Below are positions 25,584-32,000 of a DNA stretch of 32,000 bases, in pieces. The stretch's first letter is position 1. Each line of letters starts with the position of its first letter. The notes beneath the pieces were generated by a model. That model was not told where the DNA came from. It was given only the letters and a program-made list of their open reading frames with translations, and made no database searches. The stretch is from the NCBI RefSeq assembly GCF_003351905.1, contig NZ_CP022339.1, forward strand, positions 810,001-842,000. The letters run 5' to 3'. Position numbers and translations under genes: made by a program. Source of the DNA: Candidatus Saccharimonadota bacterium. GTDB lineage: Bacteria; Bacteroidota; Bacteroidia; Cytophagales; Amoebophilaceae.

Positions 25584-26863
25584 CTCTTTAAAGTTGGTGC
25601 AGTAAAATTTCTTTTGGTAGCTCCATATTGAATAATGGAATCTATAAAATCAAATGGCGTATAGCCGTTTAGGGCACATTGGTGAAAAATACAGGTAGCT
25701 GGTGTCATGGCAGGTAGCGCATTTACTTCAATGACCCAAACTTCTACTTTTTGCGTGATTTTTACAAAAGCATCTATTCTGGCGTAGCCTTGTAAATCTA
25801 AAGCTTGTGCAATGGTGGCGAGCTGACGCTTGACACTTTTTCGGATCATGGCAGCTACTTTGGTATCGCTGTGAAAGCGTGCAGGGGTAATATTATGCCC
25901 TTCCCCTGCTAAAAATTTTTCTTCTAATGAGAGTATGGCAGCTGCGGATACAGTTTCTGAGGGTTCAAAGACCTCATATAAGGTGTTGCCATTGGGGTCG
26001 ACATGGGTCAGTAAGCCTGTTGTAGTTTCTAAACAATTAAGGTTTTCCTGGTCTTTTTGGATTAGTGTTTCTAGTAAAAATCGTTCTTGCCTAGGCACAT
26101 AGTCTGTCGCTTGTAACCCTAGTATGTCCATCAGATCAGCCGAAATCAGTGGTTCACTTCTAAAACTGGCAGCTGCATAAGCGACCAACATGGCGCGATT
26201 GGTGATGCGTAGTACCCCTGCACTGCAACCATCATCGACTGGTTTAGCAATAATGGGGTAGGTAAAGGTCTGCTCTATCGCATGGATAGTGTTATCCTGG
26301 ATCCCATCTTTTTTTGTGATGACCCGTTGTGGGGCAATATGGAATCCCTTTTGGGCTAAAAATTGATTGGTGGCATACTTATCGATGGTTAACGCGGTAG
26401 TAGCAATACCCGAACCGTTATAAGGTATATCGTAGGCCTCTAGTATCCTTTGCAAGGTACCATCTTCTCCAGGTCTACCATGTAAGGCTATAAAGATAAA
26501 ATCTATGCTTTTTTTTAAGTCAGCAAAAGTGACTTCTTGCGGTGTAAAAATAGCCTCTTTTGTATAATGGTTGGTGAGGGCAGCAGCCTCCTTTCTAATA
26601 GAGGTCAATAGTGCTTCTGATCTATTGAATTTAGTGGGATGTAAAAGTGCATCATGAATATCATCTGCATTATCTTTTAGCAAAAGAGCAGCAGGTAGTA
26701 TAAAAATACGATAAGCCCCCTTATCGCCAGATAAAAAAAGCGGCAAGGCTTCATATTGGGTGGAGGCGATTAATTTACTATAGACATTTCGCCCACTGTC
26801 TAATGATACATGTCGTTCGGGTGTAAACCCGCCCATTAATACCCCTATTTTTTGGTTCACCAC
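25580..26863 (-). CDS. ddl: D-alanine--D-alanine ligase family ATP-grasp protein (long form)
   Basis: 427 aa with a GTG start. IGVLMGGFTPERHVSLDSGRNV resembles the Ddl N-terminus (GG.S.E.EVSL.S). ALHGRPGEDGTLQRILEAYDIPYNGSG resembles Ddl HG..GEDG..Q..LE...IPY.GSG. The ATP-grasp C-terminal part ends in IEVNALPAMT. An insertion of about 60 aa follows the first N-domain strands compared with E. coli DdlB. Confidence 0.8.
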   Translation of the reverse strand: MVNQKIGVLMGGFTPERHVSLDSGRNVYSKLIASTQYEALPLFLSGDKGAYRIFILPAALLLKDNADDIHDALLHPTKFNRSEALLTSIRKEAAALTNHYTKEAIFTPQEVTFADLKKSIDFIFIALHGRPGEDGTLQRILEAYDIPYNGSGIATTALTIDKYATNQFLAQKGFHIAPQRVITKKDGIQDNTIHAIEQTFTYPIIAKPVDDGCSAGVLRITNRAMLVAYAAASFRSEPLISADLMDILGLQATDYVPRQERFLLETLIQKDQENLNCLETTTGLLTHVDPNGNTLYEVFEPSETVSAAAILSLEEKFLAGEGHNITPARFHSDTKVAAMIRKSVKRQLATIAQALDLQGYARIDAFVKITQKVEVWVIEVNALPAMTPATCIFHQCALNGYTPFDFIDSIIQYGATKRNFTAPTLKR

Positions 26864-26873
26864 TTGCGATTCC

Positions 26874-28919
26874 TTATACTTCCCCTAACTCAGGCATGTC
26901 TGGTTTATCTTCAGGTTGTGCTTCACTTGGTGCCACTTGAGCAGCAGTTGTAGTTTCAGCAGGTATATCCTTCGTTTCTTGGCGTTTCCCTATTAAACGT
27001 TCTAAATCTGACTTCAGTATCGTTTCTCTTACCAGTAAAGCCTCCGCCAAAAGGGTTAATTTATCGATATTTGCTTTGAGCAACTCCTTCACCCGTTCAT
27101 ATGCGCCATCTATAATGGCTTTTACCTCTTCATCTATCGTATAGGCTGTTTTTTCTGAGTAAGGCTTTGTAAAGGTATAATCTGCTTGTTTGGAGTTATG
27201 GAAAGAGAGGTGACCTACCTTAGGATTCATCCCATACATGGTAACGATGCTATAAGCCAATTTAGTAGTTCGTTCCAAGTCATTTAGGGCACCAGTAGAA
27301 ATTTTTCCAAAAATAAGTTCTTCGGCCGCTCTGCCTCCCAGTGCCATAGCCAATTCATCCAACAATTGATTTTCTTGATAGATAAATTGCTCTTTGGGCA
27401 AATACTGCGCATAGCCCAATGCAGCTATACCCCGTGGTATAATACTTACCTTGACCAGTGGGTGTGCATGTTCTAAAAACCATCCAGCAATGGCATGGCC
27501 TGCTTCGTGGTAAGCTACTATTTTCTTTTCTTCTGGGGAGATCAATTTGTTTTTTTTCTCTAACCCGCCAATAATTCGATCTATAGCTGCATGAAAGTCA
27601 CTCATTGTGACAAACTTCCTGTTCTTTCTAGCCGCTATTAAAGCTGCTTCATTACACATATTAGAGAGATCCGCTCCAGAGAATCCTGGTGTTTGTTCCG
27701 CTAGTTGTTTAATCCGTATGTGCCGTTCTAGTTTTAGCCTTTTGCTGTGGCAACGTATAATGGCTTCTCTATCCACTACATCTGGATGATCTATAGTGAC
27801 CTGTCTATCAAACCTGCCAGGCCGCAGGAGCGCAGGATCCAATACTTCTGCTCTGTTGGTGGCCCCTATTACAATCACCCCCGAGTTGGTTGAAAAGCCA
27901 TCCATTTCCACCAAGAGTGAGTTCAAGGTATTTTCACGTTCGTCATTCACGCCAGGCATATTGGCTTTGCCCCGTGTTCTACCTACTGCGTCAATTTCAT
28001 CGATAAAAATAATACAAGGTGCTTTTTCCTTTGCTTTCTTAAAAAGGTCACGAACACGTGCCGCACCTATCCCCACAAACATTTCCACAAAGTCTGATCC
28101 AGAGAGGCAAATAACAGGCACACCTGCTTCTCCCGCTACTGCTTTGGCCAGTAATGTTTTCCCTGTTCCCGGCGGGCCTACCAGCAGCACACCTTTAGGA
28201 ATTTTTCCACCAAGCAGCGTGAATTTCTCAGGCGTTTTCAGAAAGTCTACCACTTCTTTTACTTCTTCCTTAGCCTCTTTCATGCCCGCTACATCTTGGA
28301 ATGTAACCTTTAGTTGATTATCCTTATCAAAGATGGTTGCTTTTAAGGTATTCATATTAAAAAGTTGCGTACCAGGTCCGGCCATACCATTTCCTGGTTT
28401 TCGAATGAAGAACCAGTAAATAAGAAACAGCGTTAGCAAAAAGGACCAATTGATGAAACTAGTAGGCTCTGAACGTTCTTCACACGTGTAGCCTATTCTT
28501 ATTTCCGGGTCCATTTTGGCTTCTATAGCTGCAAACTTCTTATCAAAAATATCAAAATTAGGTATGCGCAAGGTGTAGACCACTCCACTGGTGCTTTTCC
28601 AGACCGCTCTTCCGGTACGTTCCTTTTGATACTCCTCTTTGCGCAATGCATCCGCTTTTAGGACTATTTCTACCAGGTGTTGATTGGTGATTAAAGTAAC
28701 AGATTTCACCTCTTGGTCCAGCATCATTTTTTCAAAACGTTTCTCAGAAATAGGAATGGTATTTTTTTCCTTGCTGTAGTAAAAAAGCAAGCCCAATATG
28801 ACCAATATAGCTAGTATAAAAATGGACTGAGGAGCGTTGTGTTGTGCAAACTTTTTTTCTCTTTGTTTCATAATTTGGTTTAAATTGAACAGCTGTTTTT
28901 TTGCTAAGTGAAGAGGCAA
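26874..28919 (-). CDS. ftsH: ATP-dependent zinc metalloprotease FtsH
   Basis: 681 aa. Walker [14 protein letters not shown], Walker [10 protein letters not shown], second region of homology, zinc motif HEAGHAI, and two N-terminal TM segments. The true start may be the internal Met at 28871 (MKQREKK...). Confidence 0.98.
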   Translation of the reverse strand: MPLHLAKKQLFNLNQIMKQREKKFAQHNAPQSIFILAILVILGLLFYYSKEKNTIPISEKRFEKMMLDQEVKSVTLITNQHLVEIVLKADALRKEEYQKERTGRAVWKSTSGVVYTLRIPNFDIFDKKFAAIEAKMDPEIRIGYTCEERSEPTSFINWSFLLTLFLIYWFFIRKPGNGMAGPGTQLFNMNTLKATIFDKDNQLKVTFQDVAGMKEAKEEVKEVVDFLKTPEKFTLLGGKIPKGVLLVGPPGTGKTLLAKAVAGEAGVPVICLSGSDFVEMFVGIGAARVRDLFKKAKEKAPCIIFIDEIDAVGRTRGKANMPGVNDERENTLNSLLVEMDGFSTNSGVIVIGATNRAEVLDPALLRPGRFDRQVTIDHPDVVDREAIIRCHSKRLKLERHIRIKQLAEQTPGFSGADLSNMCNEAALIAARKNRKFVTMSDFHAAIDRIIGGLEKKNKLISPEEKKIVAYHEAGHAIAGWFLEHAHPLVKVSIIPRGIAALGYAQYLPKEQFIYQENQLLDELAMALGGRAAEELIFGKISTGALNDLERTTKLAYSIVTMYGMNPKVGHLSFHNSKQADYTFTKPYSEKTAYTIDEEVKAIIDGAYERVKELLKANIDKLTLLAEALLVRETILKSDLERLIGKRQETKDIPAETTTAAQVAPSEAQPEDKPDMPELGEV

Positions 28920-29025
28920 ATTTATAAAAAAAAATATTGAAAAAGGCGATCAAAAGGCTTACATAAGGGCTTGAGAAATACCTTGCGCAAATTTGTGCCT
29001 ATACCTTTGAGTGTGATTTGGCTTG

Positions 29026-29670
29026 TTATTGTACTACTTCCATGTATCTATTTTCTACTCCTTTCCAGTGAATGATGTTCCAAAAAGCCTCTATATAGGC
29101 TACACGCCTATTTTGGTACAAAAGGTAATAGGCATGTTCCCATAGATCTAATCCTAAGATAGGCACGCCTTGCTCTTGAATGGGCGTGGTGTTCATAAGG
29201 GGATTGTCTTGATTATTCGTTGTAGAGATAAACAAACTACCATCTTTCTTGGCTACAGATAACCAAGCCCATCCCGCACCAAAGTGTGCAGCAGCAGCTG
29301 CAGTAAACAGCTCTTTAAAGCTTTCAAAGCTTCTAAATGATTTTTCTAATGCACGCAATAGGTTTGCTTCAGGTAATTGCGCGCCATTAGGTGTAAGGTT
29401 TTTCCAGAAAAATAGATGATTAAAGTGGCCACCCGCATGGTTGCGCACAGCAGTGTGGTAGGCACTTATATCCTTGAGCAGGTGGGTTAACACCGATATC
29501 TCAGTGCCTTCTGCCGTAGCTATTGCGGTACCCGCTATAGCCTGATTCAGTTTATCCACATAGGTTTGATGGTGTTTGGTATGGTGGATCTCCATAGTTT
29601 GGGCATCTATGTGGGGTGTGAGTGCGCTATAAGCATAAGGCAAAGCGGGAAGTGTAAAAATCATAACCAT
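29026..29670 (-). CDS. sodA: Superoxide dismutase, Mn-type
   Basis: LPALPYAYSALTPHIDAQTMEIHHTKHH, AGGHFNHLFFW, TTNNQDNPLM (Gln in the NQD position is characteristic of Mn enzymes), and DLWEHAYYLLYQNRR. The likely true start is Met at 29664. Confidence 0.95.
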   Translation of the reverse strand: MVMIFTLPALPYAYSALTPHIDAQTMEIHHTKHHQTYVDKLNQAIAGTAIATAEGTEISVLTHLLKDISAYHTAVRNHAGGHFNHLFFWKNLTPNGAQLPEANLLRALEKSFRSFESFKELFTAAAAAHFGAGWAWLSVAKKDGSLFISTTNNQDNPLMNTTPIQEQGVPILGLDLWEHAYYLLYQNRRVAYIEAFWNIIHWKGVENRYMEVVQ

Positions 29671-29706
29671 CTAAGTTTTCAATAAACATACAATAAGCTT
29701 GTTGCG

Positions 29707-30171
29707 CTACAATATAGCGTTTCTTAACTTTTTAAAAAAACAAATCAGTAATTGATTGCTTTCTTTTGCTAAAATAGCTGCTTGGACAGCTGTTCGTGGG
29801 TGCAGGGCAGCTTTAGCTAGGGCTTGGTAACCTCTTTTGGGGTCACTAGCACCGAAAACCAGTCGTTTGATTTGAGACCAATAGAGTGCGCCGCTACACA
29901 TGATACAGGGCTCTAGGGTAACATATAGGGTGCAGTTTGGGAGGTATTTGCTGTTGAAATAATCAGCGGCAGCGGTTATGGCCAAGAGTTCTGCATGAGC
30001 GGTTGGGTCTTTGAGTCGCTCTACTTGGTTATGGCCCCGTGCAATAATCTTACGATCTGCTACAACTATGGCGCCAATAGGGACTTCTCCAGCTTCAGCT
30101 GCGTGCGCTGCCTCTTTAAGAGCTGCTTCCATAAAGAAAATATCATCATCAATAGGTTGTATAGGGCTCAT
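29707..30171 (-). CDS. tadA: tRNA-specific adenosine deaminase
   Basis: 154 aa. Deaminase zinc motifs HAELLAI and PCIMCSGAL in a TadA-like context (FMEAALKEA...GEVPIGAIVV). Confidence 0.92.
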   Translation of the reverse strand: MSPIQPIDDDIFFMEAALKEAAHAAEAGEVPIGAIVVADRKIIARGHNQVERLKDPTAHAELLAITAAADYFNSKYLPNCTLYVTLEPCIMCSGALYWSQIKRLVFGASDPKRGYQALAKAALHPRTAVQAAILAKESNQLLICFFKKLRNAIL

Positions 30172-30462
30172 GGAATGCAGTAAGCTTATGCAATAGCAGA
30201 TAAGATCTTGTAATCGTTGTCAATACAATAGAAGCAATAGCCAGACAAAACCTATTGGAATGGGTAATCTATTTTAGTAACTTTGCACATCAGCTTCTTG
30301 GAAGTATGCTGTATAATTACCAGAATAGCAGCTATATAGCCCTGGAAAACCCATACACCAAGTGATCTATTTACCATCCGTACATCCTACGTCCATTGGT
30401 ATCGTCTCTTAATGCATGGGCCCCACACTAAACTAAACTATAATTGAAAATCAATTACAATA

Positions 30463-30606
30463 ATGAATATATACAAAAATAAATTAATACGCAAGCGTTT
30501 TAGCTTTTTAAAAATAATCATTCCAGCAGTGGGGGGCATTTTATTAATTATGCAAAGTGGATGCAGTTACGCATCTAGGCAGTTTGGAAATAATCCCTCT
30601 GATTAA
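30463..30606 (+). CDS. Very short lipoprotein-signal ORF (47 aa), possibly the frameshifted 5' part of the next ORF
   Basis: The ATG at 30463 gives MNIYKNKLIRKRFSFLKIIIPAVGGILLIMQSGC (signal peptide plus lipobox), followed by only 13 more residues before TAA at 30604. Confidence 0.3.
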   Translation: MNIYKNKLIRKRFSFLKIIIPAVGGILLIMQSGCSYASRQFGNNPSD

Positions 30607-30820
30607 GACTAAGCAGCAGCAGAAGAAAAAGAAGAAGAAGCCCCTAAAATTTACGTCTTTTTTTAAAAACCCTAAGAAAAAAAAACTTAAGAAAGAAAAC
30701 TTAGGCGTCCCTCAAACACCAGGCAACCCTCAAATACTTAACCAAGTTAATCCAGATGATATGGAAACTTTCACCTCTGAGGGTATAGAAGAATTCTATG
30801 CACTGATCGATTGTAAATAA
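30557..30820 (+). CDS. Small Lys-rich ORF (87 aa from a GTG start) overlapping the preceding ORF in the +1 frame
   Basis: Translation KTKQQQKKKKKKPLKFTSFFKNPKKKKLKKENLG..., followed by an acidic tail. There is no independent ATG start or obvious RBS. Confidence 0.3.
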   Translation: MDAVTHLGSLEIIPLIKTKQQQKKKKKKPLKFTSFFKNPKKKKLKKENLGVPQTPGNPQILNQVNPDDMETFTSEGIEEFYALIDCK

Positions 30821-31101
30821 TAATTTTTGACACAATCTAGTTAGGCGCTAGTATAGTAGATCTATATATTTGGCATCACTATAAAAAGTACGCCTTGTAA
30901 AAAATTACGAGTCCGTCTGTGAACGTGGCCAAGAATGTAGTCTGTTTCACGTTCACGTCAAACAATTCGACGCAACCTAGTTGGAAGTAGAGGTGGCGTA
31001 CCTTATTCAATTGCTTCAAGTCCGCTAATAAGAAGTAGCCATTAGATAAGCAGAATGATTGTAGTACGCAATGTACTATAGCAACGCCATTCTATGCTTG
31101 T

Positions 31102-31129
31102 AGAAGCGGTTGCTATAGCAACCGCTTCT
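31102..31129 (+). other. Perfect 12-bp stem / 4-nt loop hairpin in a long intergenic spacer (possible terminator or RNA element)
   Basis: agaagcggttgc tata gcaaccgcttct. It is flanked by partial outer complementarity (gcttgta ... tacaagc). No strong U-tract follows. Confidence 0.35.
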
Positions 31130-31337
31130 TTGCACGCCATGATTCGTACAAGCTATGGCATGAATCCAAATAATTTATATTATTTTATTTGATTATCCAT
31201 ATGATATATTTTAATTTTTGTTTGATTAAAGATTGATTTTATGATCATCTCTAAGATAGCAATACCCAATCTAAATTTATCTCTTCGGAAAGATTTACTA
31301 TTTTTATCTGGTAAAAAGAAAGCATAATGCGATATAG

Positions 31338-32000
31338 ATGAAAGCAAAACTGGTAACCAAGTCCCAATTATCGATATTATTGGCCAATGCCCTGATCCAT
31401 TTTGATACCGCTTTATATGGCTATTTGGTGCCTATTATCGCCCCTCTTTTTTTCCCAAAAAAAGGGTTAGTGGTTCAGTTGATAGGGGGCTATAGCCCAT
31501 TGATGATTTCCTTTGTAGCCAAACCATTGGGCCTGTTTTTTTTTAGCAAAATGGCACAAGATAGAAAAGAAATGATTGCCTTGCGCTATACGCTTTTGGG
31601 TGTAGGTGTTAGTTTAGTAGCTATGGCTTGCTTGCCTATTCATGGAGCGCTGTGGAGCATGATTGGGTTGCTAGCGGCCCGAACTTGCTTAGAATCATGT
31701 GCAGCTGGAGAACATCATATTGCCAAGATCTATCTACTGAAAGGGCTGGCTATGCAACAGGCTAAAAAGCTTGCCTCATTCTATGAAATTTCTACTATGG
31801 TGGGTATTTTATCTGCTGGAGCGGTGGGGACCTGCTTCGTATGGATCACAAATCCCCTGCTATACTGGCGATTACCTTTTTTAATTGCAGCGTTATCTAC
31901 GCTATTAAATGTGGTGCTTTTTAGGTTCAAGGCGACAGAAGAGGAAGTAGATGGCCACCCTTACAAAACAGTGCTACAACCAGCCTACCGACCCATTATA
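31338..32000 (+). CDS. MFS-type transporter (metabolite:H+ symporter-like), 3' partial
   Basis: My own translation from the ATG at 31338, open to the window end: MKAKLVTKSQLSILLANALIHFDTALYGYLVPIIAPLFF...GYSPLMISFVAKPLGLFFFSKMAQDRKEMIALRYTLLGVGVSLVAMACLP.... It contains successive hydrophobic helices and resembles ProP/MHS-family N-termini. It is absent from the ORF track, presumably because no stop lies in the window. Confidence 0.65.
   Translation, partial: MKAKLVTKSQLSILLANALIHFDTALYGYLVPIIAPLFFPKKGLVVQLIGGYSPLMISFVAKPLGLFFFSKMAQDRKEMIALRYTLLGVGVSLVAMACLPIHGALWSMIGLLAARTCLESCAAGEHHIAKIYLLKGLAMQQAKKLASFYEISTMVGILSAGAVGTCFVWITNPLLYWRLPFLIAALSTLLNVVLFRFKATEEEVDGHPYKTVLQPAYRPII

Noticed and set aside
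30278-30285. taactttg, a match to the Bacteroidota -7 promoter motif TAnnTTTG upstream of the small lipoprotein ORF
   Set aside because: There is no good TTTG -33 partner at the expected spacing, and it lies about 180 nt from the ORF start. A single 8-mer match in AT-rich DNA is not enough to call a promoter.

Overview
The window looks like a chromosome segment from a Bacteroidota intracellular symbiont, possibly Amoebophilus/Cardinium-like. That placement is an inference from gene content and synteny (DUF4290-murA, ddl-PASTA, short GlgA-like gene, Asp-type MurA); no search was run. About 20 ordinary housekeeping genes are present: murA, uvrD/pcrA, cca, rfbD, der, an MlaD-like gene, an ABC exporter, an AddA-like helicase, ddl, ftsH, sodA, tadA and an MFS transporter. 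Between them sit small accessory islets that encode eukaryote-type domains. These are (1) a tandem C2H2 Krueppel/GLI-like zinc-finger protein (nt 2-828, 5' partial, frameshifted in a poly-A run), (2) a lipoprotein-type class-2-lipase-like hydrolase, (3) a membrane-anchored canonical RING-H2 protein, (4) a type-II PI4-kinase-like gene broken by one in-frame TAG, (5) two diverged tandem paralogous lipoproteins, and (6) a small Lys-rich ORF. Two families of dispersed non-coding repeats were found. Family 1 has a roughly 230-bp core in four copies, and two of these carry a roughly 140-bp extension. It folds into a long hairpin followed by a palindromic hairpin. Differences between copies stay pairable as C-G, U.G or U-A on one strand only, and every copy lies just 3' of a co-oriented gene. 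Family 2 is about 125 bp, in two copies. Each of the four loci has accessory genes on at least one side, and an inverted pair of family-1 copies brackets the lipoprotein paralogs like a cassette. I saw no rRNA, tRNA, CRISPR array, transposase or integrase. All protein calls rest on motifs read from the supplied translations, not on database searches.
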